Source: Candidatus Micrarchaeota archaeon
GTDB lineage: Archaea; Micrarchaeota; Micrarchaeia; Anstonellales; Bilamarchaeaceae
Direction: 5' to 3'
Assembly: GCA_038046765.1 (NCBI GenBank)
Contig: JBBSVN010000002.1
Span: 57,929 to 121,928, forward strand
DNA: 64,000 nucleotides
Under the pieces are notes generated by a model. It saw nothing but the letters and a program-made list of their open reading frames with translations. It made no database searches and was not told the DNA's origin. Of the stretch, positions 18,368-28,931 are shown piece after piece (position 1 is the first letter of the stretch; each line of letters opens with the position of its first letter). Both the position numbers and the translations under genes were made by a program.

Positions 18368-20020
18368 TTATTCACCATCAGTTTCCTCTTCTTTTCCCTC
18401 ATTCTTTTTCTCTTCTGTTTTCTCCTCTTTTTTGCCTTCGGTTTTAGGTTCGTCCTTTTCAATTAATGAATATTTTTCAACAACAATTCTCATAAGCTGT
18501 TTCTTTAATTCTTCTTTTGCGTCCTTACCTTTTGCGCTAGTTAATTCAGTTAAATCCTTTGAAATCTGTTCGACATATCGCGAAATTGCTTTCTTCTTGC
18601 TTTCCATTTCATGTACTCTTCTTTTTCCGCTAATATGTTTTTGAATACCGCGCGCAGCTTCCATTATCGCATTTCTTATTTCATCCATTACATCTTCTTC
18701 AGTGGAAATTGCCTGCTTTCCAGCACCAGTATATGGGACGTGGACGCTAACTAAGTTCACAAGTACTGCAATAGGTTCGTCTTCAAATGCCTTTAAGTCG
18801 TATCGTCCCCAGTCTATGTTTCTTATCGATTCGGTTATTGCACATCCGCCTCCATCAAAAAGTAACGGGACTCGGTTTGCAAATCTCATCGTTTCTCCTT
18901 TTTTGCCGGCTTCGGCTACTCCGCCACCATATGCAATCGCGGATTCAACCATGAACGGTACTCCTCCCTTATAAATTTTAGGAGACCTTTCTGCCACTAC
19001 CAAAAATTCCGGATTAAATATATTCATGAAAGATTTTTGAATTTGTTCTGCGCCTATCGGGACAATCGAATCTGTTTCAGGAGCGATCCACTTTACTTTT
19101 TTAAATGACTGAACAATCTGTTCCGCATCCTCCCAGCTCATATCGTCCGGGTCTTTTTCAAAGTTTACTGTTGGAACCAGTGTTGATAGTTCGTTAACCT
19201 TATTTGCACTTACCCTGGTTAAACAGTTTTGTAAAAATGAGCCTATTTTTTTGTATTCCCGTTGCGATTTTGCCAAATCAAGTAAATCATGGGCTCCAAT
19301 TCCAAGTGGATGTGGTTTTATTTCTTTTGGTCGTGGCGGATTCGCTTCTATTGATCTAGGGAAAACTACTGTTTCCCCGTTAGGTTCAGTCAGAATTATT
19401 TTTGTATGTGGGTTAGCTAAAGCAGTCCGTCTTAAATATTCATAAACACCATGGTTGCTCCTTTCATATTTTACATCCTTAAATTCTGCTTCATAAGAAA
19501 GACCTGTTTTTTCTAAGCAATCTTCTTCAACCAAATTAATCAGGTCAGCGTGATTAGTTTTAAAATCAATTCCTATCTCGCAGGATATTTTTTTTCCTTT
19601 ATAATAGGAAATTGCTCTTGGGTGTTTTCCTGTTGTAAGTAAAGAGTACATTGTACAACCAGCTGCACCAATTCCCTGTTGACCTCTTTGCTGTACATAT
19701 CTATGGAATTTAGTTCCTGCTAACATTTGTCCAAGTGCTTTACCTAAATGTGTCTTTGGGATACCTGGCCCGTTATCCTCAACAGTTAAGCCATAATGAT
19801 CTTCAGATAATTCCTTAACTCGAACTTGTATTTCTGGAAGTACTCCTGCTTCTTCACAAGCGTCTAAACTGTTTGAAACTAATTCGTGAACGACTGTTGT
19901 AAGGCTTCTTACCTTGCCGCTAAATCCTAGCATTTGTTTATTCTTTTTAAAGAATTCAGCTACGCTATGCTCCTTAAAGTTGGAAAATATCTTATCGTGT
20001 CCGTCTGCCATAATTATCAC
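18368..20020 (-). CDS. top6B: DNA topoisomerase VI subunit B
   Basis: SVAEFFKKNKQMLGF, ELVSNSLDACEE, DNGPGI, QQRGQQGIG, RFANRVPLL. True start may be the ATG three codons in. Confidence 0.97.
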   Translation of the reverse strand: MIIMADGHDKIFSNFKEHSVAEFFKKNKQMLGFSGKVRSLTTVVHELVSNSLDACEEAGVLPEIQVRVKELSEDHYGLTVEDNGPGIPKTHLGKALGQMLAGTKFHRYVQQRGQQGIGAAGCTMYSLLTTGKHPRAISYYKGKKISCEIGIDFKTNHADLINLVEEDCLEKTGLSYEAEFKDVKYERSNHGVYEYLRRTALANPHTKIILTEPNGETVVFPRSIEANPPRPKEIKPHPLGIGAHDLLDLAKSQREYKKIGSFLQNCLTRVSANKVNELSTLVPTVNFEKDPDDMSWEDAEQIVQSFKKVKWIAPETDSIVPIGAEQIQKSFMNIFNPEFLVVAERSPKIYKGGVPFMVESAIAYGGGVAEAGKKGETMRFANRVPLLFDGGGCAITESIRNIDWGRYDLKAFEDEPIAVLVNLVSVHVPYTGAGKQAISTEEDVMDEIRNAIMEAARGIQKHISGKRRVHEMESKKKAISRYVEQISKDLTELTSAKGKDAKEELKKQLMRIVVEKYSLIEKDEPKTEGKKEEKTEEKKNEGKEEETDGE

Positions 20021-20035
20021 TAGTTAATATTTTAT

Positions 20036-20124
20036 TAGCCTGTAGTCGGTAGCAAGTGGTACATAGCCAAGACGAATTTAATTTTCGTTGCTACTTGCTA
20101 AATCGCTAAAAGCTACTTGCTAAA
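20036..20124. repeat. Degenerate heptamer array, inverted pair
   Basis: tagcctg tagtcgg tagcaag tggtaca tagccaa … tgctact tgctaaa … gctactt gctaaat. Confidence 0.75.
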
Positions 20125-20212
20125 TTTTAATAAATGTGGATGACTAAAGTAGTTTAAAAGTAAAATCATTTAAATGTGATTGAAACAAAAGCGACAATTT
20201 GAGAACTTAAAC

Positions 20213-21352
20213 TCATGGACTTATTAAGACGCTATAATTATTTGAAGGAGGAGTTTGTTCGACAAAAAGAACTATCTCTTTATCATCGTTAGGATATATC
20301 GAAATCGTTATGCTCGCGTTATTACAATCAAAATAATCATAAAAATCAAAGTTAAGCTGTTTATTCGCCTTAAAATCATAACCTGCGAGAATAAGATCGT
20401 CTTCGCCGTTTTGCTTTAGATAAACTAATTTATCCTCCGTTGTGAATGCGTATGCTTGGGTTATACCCGCTAAATTCCAAAATGTTTTGACTAAAGTTAA
20501 ATCCTCTGTAGAATAAATATCTAACATGTATCCTTCCTTTATATTTTCAAGATGGCCAACTGCAGCAAAATTATTTCCTAGTTCTATTTGCCCAATTTCT
20601 ATATTAGATTTAAATGACTTTCTTAACTGATCTTTGGTTCTTACAAGATCTATCCCAAATCCATCAAATGACTCTGTAACAAATGCGTTTGGTGAAAATG
20701 GTCTAAAAGAACTAGCTAACGCGGGAGAGTTAAATCCAATAAGTTTTGTACTTTTATTTGTTACATCATAAGCGAATACGTCAAATAATGGATATTTTTC
20801 GCTTGGAGGGATGAAAATTACCTGTCCATTTGCGATGTTTGCCTGAAATCCAGGTATGTTCGTATCTTCAATCTGGTCGGAATTTAAATCGAGTATCTGC
20901 ATATTCGTTGGTTTTCCGGTTTCGCAAGTTTTGTAATCTAATACTTGTGGCAGAGCGCTAATTGCAATTTTTGTCTGGGATATTATTGATGTCGCAATCT
21001 CCCCCTCGATTAAGAGTTTTCTTTCTGTATCGTTTAAATTGCTCTTATAAAGCTGTGAAAATACGTGTGTTTCTCCATCTAAATCTATACAATTTTTTAG
21101 ATTCTTTGTATAATATATATTATTTTTAAATCGAAAAACAGGTCCATCATTTTTATTATTTATGGCTGCTTTGGCTTGGGCTTTAGGTTCACATGTTCCC
21201 TCTTTAGTCTTATAAATAGTATTTTGGTTTTCATCGCAAGCAAAATTTGAACTAGATAATAATGGCGCGAGTGCAAAAAAGACAGAAGAAATAATTGCTG
21301 ATTTAAGTGTTTCGCGCATGCGACAAATCAGCGTTTTTTTAGCTGTGTGCAT
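20213..21352 (-). CDS. Exported hypothetical protein, beta-rich (possible beta-propeller)
   Basis: Basic leader plus hydrophobic signal; repeated strand motifs (VFAYDVTNKSTKLI, LDIYSTEDLTLVK, LAGYDFKANKQL). Confidence 0.65.
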   Translation of the reverse strand: MHTAKKTLICRMRETLKSAIISSVFFALAPLLSSSNFACDENQNTIYKTKEGTCEPKAQAKAAINNKNDGPVFRFKNNIYYTKNLKNCIDLDGETHVFSQLYKSNLNDTERKLLIEGEIATSIISQTKIAISALPQVLDYKTCETGKPTNMQILDLNSDQIEDTNIPGFQANIANGQVIFIPPSEKYPLFDVFAYDVTNKSTKLIGFNSPALASSFRPFSPNAFVTESFDGFGIDLVRTKDQLRKSFKSNIEIGQIELGNNFAAVGHLENIKEGYMLDIYSTEDLTLVKTFWNLAGITQAYAFTTEDKLVYLKQNGEDDLILAGYDFKANKQLNFDFYDYFDCNNASITISIYPNDDKEIVLFVEQTPPSNNYSVLISP

Positions 21353-21426
21353 GATATATGTTGCTTAAGCTCAAGTTTAAAGTACCTTGTCCCATCGTTG
21401 TTTTTGCTATCTCAAAATCTATTTTT

Positions 21427-21948
21427 TTACCCAAGCAGTCTTTCACCTATAATTTTTCTTCGTATTTTTGATAAATACTCAAACACTGCTATGTGCGTTG
21501 AACCAGTTAATATCATGTCTACTGCCTGCTTAGCATATTCCATGGTATCTATTTTGGCAATTATCCCTACTGTGTTACCATATATGCTTAGTCTAGACTC
21601 AGTTGCGCTTTCTATTTCAAGTTTTACTTTGCCTTCCTCACCAATGACCCTTGATTTTAATCGGGTTATTCCTTTCTCATTTCTTGAATAATCCTTCAAG
21701 GAAATTAAATAAAACTGGCAGTCGTTTTTAATTATTCTTAAGGCATCCCTAACTCCGAATCCTCTTCCAATTGCTTTTACAACATCTTTTGCAAAATAGA
21801 TATCTGCCACTTCCCCGCTTATCTCTACTTCGCCTTCCTGACTTATTTCCAGTTTTACATTACAAACTTTTTCAACTTCATCTTTTGCTTCGTGGTTTGT
21901 ACCAATTAAACTGGATATTCTTTCTAAGGGTATTTTTACTATTTCCAT
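21427..21948 (-). CDS. KH-domain rRNA-processing protein (Dim2/Pno1/Krr1 family)
   Basis: VKIPLERISSLIG…VVKAIGRGF…KSRVIGEEGK…IYGNTVGII. Confidence 0.93.
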   Translation of the reverse strand: MEIVKIPLERISSLIGTNHEAKDEVEKVCNVKLEISQEGEVEISGEVADIYFAKDVVKAIGRGFGVRDALRIIKNDCQFYLISLKDYSRNEKGITRLKSRVIGEEGKVKLEIESATESRLSIYGNTVGIIAKIDTMEYAKQAVDMILTGSTHIAVFEYLSKIRRKIIGERLLG

Positions 21949-21961
21949 AATTACAACCTTT

Positions 21962-22885
21962 TTATTTAGAGTATCTTAGACGTTTGACTCCCTGTACACT
22001 CTCTTTTAATTTTGCTACCTGTTTTTTGAGGGCTTTACTTTCCATACTTTTATTGCCAATTATTTTATCAAATGCTTTTCTTACATCTTCATCTGTTTCT
22101 AATTGGATTTGTCTTTTTACTGCTTCAACTACGGTACCATCTTGGGTATATTCCTTTAGTATGTACGCAATTAATCTTCTTGTCTCCACATCCCAGTGCG
22201 AGAGAAGTTGCAATATTAAATTCTTGGCGTCTAGGTCAGAATCATTTACAAGCATTGCTAGGCATAATATCGCATTATGTTGGTTTTGCTCAATATCATT
22301 TCTTGCAATAATCATTAGTTCTTTCTTTAGTTTCTTGATAATTGAAATATTTTTTATTTCTATCAGGTATGCCAGTATTGCAGACATTGCCGTATTATCC
22401 CTTATCATTTGTGAAAAATTGGATTCAATTATGTTCGCGTATTTTTCATGGCTTTCAAGTCTTTTTAGTGCAATTCCAATTGATTTTATTGGTTTATTTT
22501 TCATGCTATAACTTTCAATTATAAAATATGCAAAAAGCTCTTCCCATGATTGGTCTAGTATCAGCATCAAAGTATACATTGCTATAAAATTTTTAGATAA
22601 TCCATAATAAGATTTTTCTTCCTTAGCCAGTTCACTTAAGGCAATTCTTATAATCGAATTCTGGTGATTATCTAAGGATGTAATATATTGTGCATTAACT
22701 TCACTTTTTGTTGCGTAGCTACCCATTATGCTCCAGAATATGTCTCTGACATTTGCATCGGGGGTAGAAGCATATTTTTTAAGGTCTAATTTTTTTGGTT
22801 TTGGTGCTTCTTGTACTGGTGTGCTTGAATCATCGTCTCCTCCAAATGCTTGTTCTGCCATATTTTCACCATTAGCTTTGAGCAT
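21962..22885 (-). CDS. HEAT/ARM-repeat protein
   Basis: All-helical; LLSHWDVETRRLIAYIL…LETDEDVRKAFDKI. Likely start at ATG 22861 after GGTGA. Confidence 0.65.
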   Translation of the reverse strand: MLKANGENMAEQAFGGDDDSSTPVQEAPKPKKLDLKKYASTPDANVRDIFWSIMGSYATKSEVNAQYITSLDNHQNSIIRIALSELAKEEKSYYGLSKNFIAMYTLMLILDQSWEELFAYFIIESYSMKNKPIKSIGIALKRLESHEKYANIIESNFSQMIRDNTAMSAILAYLIEIKNISIIKKLKKELMIIARNDIEQNQHNAILCLAMLVNDSDLDAKNLILQLLSHWDVETRRLIAYILKEYTQDGTVVEAVKRQIQLETDEDVRKAFDKIIGNKSMESKALKKQVAKLKESVQGVKRLRYSK

Positions 22886-23108
22886 TGTGCCGTGCGCTAG
22901 TGAGCATTAATGCCTTCTTAGTTCGTGGCTCAAAGCGCATTGCCCACTACCCAGTGCTTAAATAAATGTTATTATTAGTGTATACATTAAGATGTTTTCT
23001 TATATTTAAAGCTTATGTTTTAAGTTCCACTTAACATTTTTGAAGAATTAGTTTATTAATTCAATAAAAATCATTAATAAAAAAATTAAAAATAAAAAAA
23101 AAATAAAT

Positions 23109-23465
23109 TTATTTCTTAGAAGCCAAGTTGTAAATTGCCTTTAATGCAACTACGACTGCTGCTGGTGCTACAAATACACCTAGTGCGCTAACTATTCCAG
23201 TTATAAAAGGAATTACCATTCCTAATGCTGGAAGAGCTTCTAATCTTGAAAATGGAGCACCTGTTGTCAGTAATGCTATTGCTGCAACTAAAAATGCCGT
23301 GGTTTCTTTTTCACCTACATTCATTAAGCCTACTACTAAACCTAAGAGTGCGAGTATTCCGTATATTATTGCGATATAGCCACCTAATGCTGGAGCTGCT
23401 AAACCAATAATTACGCTAATTCCTACACCTACTAAAAATGCCCATTCTCCCCATTTTTCATCCAT
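23109..23465 (-). CDS. Small 4-TM membrane protein
   Basis: Hydrophobic throughout; GLVVGLMNV…FLVAAIAL…FVAPAAVVVALKA; AGGTGA RBS. Confidence 0.85.
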   Translation of the reverse strand: MDEKWGEWAFLVGVGISVIIGLAAPALGGYIAIIYGILALLGLVVGLMNVGEKETTAFLVAAIALLTTGAPFSRLEALPALGMVIPFITGIVSALGVFVAPAAVVVALKAIYNLASKK

Positions 23466-23696
23466 GCTTAAATCACCTAATTTTTTTATTATAATTTTGC
23501 TTTTGTATTAGAGGATATTACAAAGAAAACTGGGCGTATATTTATAAATGTATCTTTTAGCGACTTCGTCGTTAGCCATATGCTGATTCTAGGTATATTT
23601 AGGTATAAAATGGTTTAATTGAATAATAAAATTAGAATTGTATTTTAAAAAGTAAAAATAAAAACTAAGAAAAAGTTAAAAGAAAAAAAAGTTTAA

Positions 23697-24404
23697 TTAT
23701 TCTTTCTTGGTTTTTTTCTCTTCTTTTTCCTTTAATCCATATTCGTAAAGCAAACCTGCAACTAGTGCACCAACAATCGGTCCAACTACGTAGGCTAACT
23801 GGTTTACTAAAAAGGTCTGCGTTGCAATTGCTGGTCCAAACCACCTAGCTGGATTCATTGCTGCCCCGCTAATTAAGCCCCCAACTAAAATATCAAATGT
23901 TAAGACTAATCCGATCGCGATTCCATAAAATCCTGCCGGTGCTTTTTTATCAGTAGAACCAAATACTGCTAGGGCTAGGAAAAATGTAAGTACACCTTCA
24001 ACGAGTAATCCAGTAACAAGCGGCATATCGCTATTAAATCCATATACTACCTGTTTTGAAACTGCTCCGCTCGAAACCTGTAAGAATATCGTGTATACTA
24101 AAAATCCCGCTACAATTGCACCAAGTAACTGTGAAATAATATACGCTACTGTAGTTTTCAAATCGATTTTTTTAGTTGCTGCCATCGCAATCGTAATCGA
24201 TGGGTTAAAATGAGCTCCGCTTATGTGCGATAATGCATAAATCATAGTCATGAGTACTAAACCATGTGCAAGTGCAATTCCCACTAATCCAAGTGCGGTT
24301 CCATTTGTTGCCAAATTTATAGAAACTGCACTCATTCCAATAAAAACAAGGGCAAAAGTTCCTAAGAATTCCGCTAAATATTTTCTGTAATCTAAGGTTA
24401 TCAT
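23697..24404 (-). CDS. Aquaporin (MIP family)
   Basis: AEFLGTF, ISGAHFNPS, GAAMNPARWFGP. Confidence 0.95.
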   Translation of the reverse strand: MITLDYRKYLAEFLGTFALVFIGMSAVSINLATNGTALGLVGIALAHGLVLMTMIYALSHISGAHFNPSITIAMAATKKIDLKTTVAYIISQLLGAIVAGFLVYTIFLQVSSGAVSKQVVYGFNSDMPLVTGLLVEGVLTFFLALAVFGSTDKKAPAGFYGIAIGLVLTFDILVGGLISGAAMNPARWFGPAIATQTFLVNQLAYVVGPIVGALVAGLLYEYGLKEKEEKKTKKE

Positions 24405-24508
24405 AGTAGATCATAGAAAACTAAACATTTTTTAATCGTTATGCTCTAAATTATGTTTAACAATTATTAATTATTATTTTAGTTTAATACTAAATAGGTG
24501 AAAATAAC

Positions 24509-25024
24509 ATGGGAATTAGGCCAGCACACGCAATAAGAGATATTAACAAAGTCGCATGGACGAGATTTTCAAGGTCAAAGCCAAGAAAATCTTATATTAA
24601 ATCTATGCCACACCAGGATATAAATGTATTTAGAATGGGTACTGATAAAAAAGAATTTGATGTATCTATCGATCTAGTTTCAAAAGGAGACTTGATCCTA
24701 AGAGATAATGCTCTTGAAAGTGCCAGACAAGCAAGTAACAAATACATGGAAAAAGCCATGGTTGGTGAATACTACTTTATTGTTCGTGTATTTCCACATC
24801 ACGTTGTAAGGGAAAACAAGATGATTGCTGGAGCTGGTGCAGATCGTCTTCAAAAAGGTATGAGGCAATCATTTGGACGACCAACTGACAAGGCAGCAAG
24901 AATTGACAAAGGCACTGCCGTATTCACTGTTAGAACCTATAAGAAACACGCTTCAATCGTTTCAAAAGCATTTGCAAGAGCAACGAAAAAACTTTCTGGT
25001 TCTTATTCAGTAAAAGCTCAATAA
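24509..25024 (+). CDS. rpl10e: 50S ribosomal protein uL16 (L10e)
   Basis: MGIRPA…RDNALESAR…VFPHHVVRENKM…GADRLQKGMRQSFGRP. Confidence 0.96.
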   Translation: MGIRPAHAIRDINKVAWTRFSRSKPRKSYIKSMPHQDINVFRMGTDKKEFDVSIDLVSKGDLILRDNALESARQASNKYMEKAMVGEYYFIVRVFPHHVVRENKMIAGAGADRLQKGMRQSFGRPTDKAARIDKGTAVFTVRTYKKHASIVSKAFARATKKLSGSYSVKAQ

Positions 25025-25183
25025 GTTCTATTTTTTATTATTTTTTTTATATTTATTATTCTTATTTTTCATTCTACTTACTAGCTGTGTTTATATCTGC
25101 ATCGTTATGGTAAGGTTTTTAAACACAATCAAACACTATTATATTTACATTTTAATGTTTCAAAGCTAATGCGGGTGTTATTT

Positions 25184-27061
25184 ATGACTACTTTCGATGA
25201 AGATATTATAAGTACGGATATTGACAGAATAATAAAAATTGTTTCAAATAGGAAAAAGATTAGCCTAAATGATTTAGAAAAACAAACAGGGATTAACCGT
25301 AAGGTTCTTGAAACATGGGTAAAAGTACTTGAAGATGAAAAAGTTATTTCCGTTGATTATGGTTTAACTTCTAAGACTATTAGTTGGATGGGTGGAGATG
25401 CAGAAGAAATTGAAATGCAAGTAGAAGAAAAAGAGATCATCCAATCCCACTGGAAGTCTCACGTACAGGAACAAAAATCAGCAGGCACTAATTTCGATTC
25501 GTATTCCTCAGAATCAGAATATGAAAAAGTAAACGGGACTAAAGAAACTAAAATTGCTCCAAATATTTCAAGTTTAAAACAAATCATGATGGATGATGTC
25601 TCTGATCAGGCTACCGAAAAAGAAGCCAAGGAAGAATCTAAACAAATCTCCTTGGATTTTGATGCCCCAATAATTGATAGTGAAATTACAATGTCTGATT
25701 CAAACGTTTTAGTTCAAGAAGAAAAAGAAACCGAAACAGCAAAAACTGTTGAACCAGAACCATCTGTTATTCAAACTCCTGTTAAGGTAGAAAAAATTTC
25801 CGATTTGCAAAAAGAGTCTGCACCTTTGTCTATCAGAGAAGTAATTAAATCTAAAGAAAAATTAGTTTCAATTGCAAAAGCTCAAGTTTCAGATTCAAAA
25901 GTTAATATGAAAGATGCTGTTTCAATATATTTAAGGGAAATTGGCAAACAAAAGGGCGTTTTAGAACAGTTAAAAAAAGAAAAAGAAAAAATTTATGATC
26001 AAAGATCTAAATCTCTTGAAGCTAAAGTTGATTCTCAAATCGATTCAATAGCTGAAAAAATACTTGAAAAAGAAGGCAGAATCATTGAATTAAAAGAGCA
26101 GATGTTAGATTTACCAGACAAAGTTTCTGAGTTAGATAAACTTCAAAACTTAATGGGTAAAATTGAAGTTGAAAGTAAAGATGCAATTGTCAAAACACGT
26201 CAAAAACTTAGTGAATTAGCTGCAAGCATAGAGTCTTCAAAATCTGCAGTAAAATCAAAAATGGATCAAGGTAACGCTCTAATTTCAAAAGAAATACAAA
26301 AAATAAATGAACTTGAACAAATAGAAGCCCGCGTGTTACAAAGCATTGAAAAAGCAAATGGCAGTATCTCCCAAACCAAATCTGAACTTGATAAATTAAA
26401 CGCCAGCGTTGATCAGATGTCTGATGAGATTAGTCATCTTACTGAAATGAAAACAGATATAAGTGAAATTTGCCATAGCATAAAAATTTCTGTTGAATCT
26501 AAGGAACAGGAAATAAGTTCTTTGGCTAATGAATTAGATGATATCGGTCGGATTGAACAGTGGATAAGTGAATACGTAAATGATTATGAACAAAAAATTG
26601 TCGAAGTAACAGATTACATCAATCGAAGCGAGGATGAAATTGGTGAACTTAGACAGGCATCTGAAGCAGAGTACATAAAGCGTTACTTAGCAGAACTTGA
26701 TGATATTACAAGAAATTACGAAAAAGAAAGCGAGGAAATAGAAATACAAGGGCAGGAACTTGATTATTCAATCGGTCAGGCAAAACAGAAACTTGATGCT
26801 CTAGTTAATGAAAGTAAATTGCTTCTTAAAAAGTACCATGGCCAAAGTGGTTCTGTAATAAATAGAGCAAGCTTTGAAGAAACTTTATCTCGTGTCAGAC
26901 AAGGAGCTGAATCTGTAAATAAAAAACTTGCAGAAAAATCAAGCGAAAGGGAAAAACTAAAAGATGAAGGGCGCGCAGTTAAGGACAAACGAACTAAAAA
27001 AGAAGAAGAAATTAAAGTCAGGGCTAAAGACAGAAGAAGAAAAGGAAACGGGAAGAAATAA
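25184..27061 (+). CDS. Long coiled-coil protein with N-terminal winged helix
   Basis: ISTDIDRIIKIV…ISLNDLEKQTG…WVKVLEDEKVI wHTH, an acidic linker, then ~380 aa of heptads. No Walker motifs. Confidence 0.8.
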   Translation: MTTFDEDIISTDIDRIIKIVSNRKKISLNDLEKQTGINRKVLETWVKVLEDEKVISVDYGLTSKTISWMGGDAEEIEMQVEEKEIIQSHWKSHVQEQKSAGTNFDSYSSESEYEKVNGTKETKIAPNISSLKQIMMDDVSDQATEKEAKEESKQISLDFDAPIIDSEITMSDSNVLVQEEKETETAKTVEPEPSVIQTPVKVEKISDLQKESAPLSIREVIKSKEKLVSIAKAQVSDSKVNMKDAVSIYLREIGKQKGVLEQLKKEKEKIYDQRSKSLEAKVDSQIDSIAEKILEKEGRIIELKEQMLDLPDKVSELDKLQNLMGKIEVESKDAIVKTRQKLSELAASIESSKSAVKSKMDQGNALISKEIQKINELEQIEARVLQSIEKANGSISQTKSELDKLNASVDQMSDEISHLTEMKTDISEICHSIKISVESKEQEISSLANELDDIGRIEQWISEYVNDYEQKIVEVTDYINRSEDEIGELRQASEAEYIKRYLAELDDITRNYEKESEEIEIQGQELDYSIGQAKQKLDALVNESKLLLKKYHGQSGSVINRASFEETLSRVRQGAESVNKKLAEKSSEREKLKDEGRAVKDKRTKKEEEIKVRAKDRRRKGNGKK

Positions 27062-27205
27062 ATTGCCTAGCTCTGAGCAATGCGCATTGGGCAGTGAGCT
27101 CGTGACACAGTTCACACTAATCGAAACAATTTTCTCTCTTTATTTACTATTTCTATTGTTAAAAAACAAAATTATTAAATATATCTAACCTATCCAATAG
27201 ATTCT

Positions 27206-27532
27206 GTGTTATGTCCGATATGCGAAAAAGGAAAGATGAACGAAAAAATAGTTGATGTAGTACGACACGGAATATTCCTAGGTCATTTTAAGGCAGATGT
27301 TTGTAATGCATGCAACGAAGAGATATTCGATTCCAAAATAGCTGCTAAAATTGAATCCAGAATGAAGGAACTTGGGTTATTTGGTACTCAAAAAACTACC
27401 GTTTATCAGATTGGTGGGAATGTTGCAGTTGCTCTAAAGGCCGAAATAGCCAAAGCATTGGGAGTTACAAAATCTTCTAAACCTACAATTATCGCACAAC
27501 CTGCGGAAAAAAGAATCATTTTGGAATTTTAG
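27206..27532 (+). CDS. YgiT/MqsA-type Zn finger fused to an AbrB-like domain (orphan antitoxin-like)
   Basis: CPIC…CNACNEEIF…ELGLFG…QIGGNVAVAL; paralog of 37592-37930. Confidence 0.8.
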   Translation: MLCPICEKGKMNEKIVDVVRHGIFLGHFKADVCNACNEEIFDSKIAAKIESRMKELGLFGTQKTTVYQIGGNVAVALKAEIAKALGVTKSSKPTIIAQPAEKRIILEF

Positions 27533-27649
27533 AGAATTCTGTAATAAAGTATTCGCTAACTGGAAATCTCCAAAACCCCAAACTCGAAACTCCAGACTAG
27601 AGACGCTAACCCATCAGTTTTATATTTAGTTCTTAGTCTATTTTATACT

Positions 27650-27901
27650 GGGCTAGAGTGGGTCTAGGGGTCCCAGTCCGTAAATCCCCTTCAGACGGCT
27701 CGAATGCTCGGGGCGTTGTAGTTTTTTAATGCGTCTTTTACCTAAAGCGTCGAAGTCCTGCCTTATATGGCAGATTTAGCTAATGAACCAGGCCAGACCG
27801 AAAGGAGCAACCTTAAATTTCCTATGCTGCGCTTGTAAGATACAGGATGGAGCCTAAAGTAGAAGCTCCACATTAAAAAATTGCAGCTAACCGAGAAGCC
27901 C
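27650..27901 (+). ncRNA. ffs: Signal recognition particle RNA (archaeal 7S)
   Basis: Terminal GGGCT/AGCCC pairing; helix 5 TTGTAGTTTTTTAATG / CATTAAAAAATTGCAG; helix 8 AGGCCAGACC-GAAA-GGAGCAACCT with the SRP54-binding loop; AT-rich TATA-like box upstream. Confidence 0.9.
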
Positions 27902-28476
27902 ATTTGACATATATTTTACTAAGGCAAATTACCGGGTTAGTCTCATGCTTTACATATCGACGCCCTTGCGGAAGCAGATTTTACTAGATAAATTTGTGCC
28001 AATCTGCTTCAGTAGATAATTTGCAAATACTAAACTACTGTTTAGATTCTGTTCGTATCGGTAAACTATTTGTTTATATTCATAATTTACTTATCTTTTA
28101 AGGTCGAATAAAAATGGGAAAACAAAGTTTTGGCTCAATTAAGTAATATCTAAATCGACCGTTTAATATCTACGCACGGGGAAGTTTCCGGTAAACGAAT
28201 CGATTTCTTAATGCGTCAAATTCTTCGATCTCGCTAAAAAAGCAAATCCTTTATAAAATTTATCTTGGAAAGCAATTTGATAAAACATTTGCGATTACAC
28301 GCCACTAAGTAAACTTATTAACAACAACTTCATAAAAAATAACAAAAAACAAAGCGAAAAACTTATTAAACAACCTAAAAATCCTACGCATATTTAAAAA
28401 ATAATTGTTTCATTAAACGAACAGACAAATTTTAATGCAATAATTTATTAGGATGTTGCAATTAATTGGTGATAAA

Positions 28477-28866
28477 ATGGGATTACTAGATAAAGTCTTT
28501 GGCGGAAAACAAGAAGTAACAGAAGTACCTGATTTAGAAGAAGTCATGGAAGCAGAAGGGGATGTAGTAAACCCACCAGCAGATTTCTATGTTAAAAAAA
28601 TTAACTTAAGAAACGAAGGTGACGCAGAACTAGCTGCAAAAGAATTGGCTCAAAAAAATATTGTATTGTTAAATATTGAACCACTATCAAAACAACCAAA
28701 CAGGTTAAAGACAATTATTGGAAAATTAAAAAACCAAACTTCAAAAATAAATGGGGACATGGTTCTTTTGACTGCAACTGTTTGTGAACACGAGAAGGAA
28801 AGATATGTTATCTTAACCCCAACAAATGTTAAGGTAGTAAAATCTAAACCACATCCACCTAAGTAA
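28477..28866 (+). CDS. sepF: Cell division protein SepF
   Basis: Amphipathic N-terminus MGLLDKVFG; KELAQKNIVLLNI…INGDM…VILTPTNVKV; GGTGA RBS. Confidence 0.88.
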   Translation: MGLLDKVFGGKQEVTEVPDLEEVMEAEGDVVNPPADFYVKKINLRNEGDAELAAKELAQKNIVLLNIEPLSKQPNRLKTIIGKLKNQTSKINGDMVLLTATVCEHEKERYVILTPTNVKVVKSKPHPPK

Positions 28867-28931
28867 ATATAATTTTTATTCTTTTTATATTTTTAATCTT
28901 ATCTTGTGCTTATTTTTATTTTCGTTCAAAT

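Noticed and set aside
23697..24404. First aquaporin NPA motif reads NPS
   Set aside because: A common MIP variant; not enough to infer altered selectivity.
25184..27061. SMC or Rad50 call for the coiled-coil protein near scpA
   Set aside because: No Walker A/B, signature motif, hinge or zinc hook.
27902..28450. 550-bp intergenic region as a replication origin
   Set aside because: Only one weak ORB-like word (GTTTCCGGTAAAC) with the G-string on the wrong side, and no cdc6/orc1 nearby. A few hairpins are present but unexplained.
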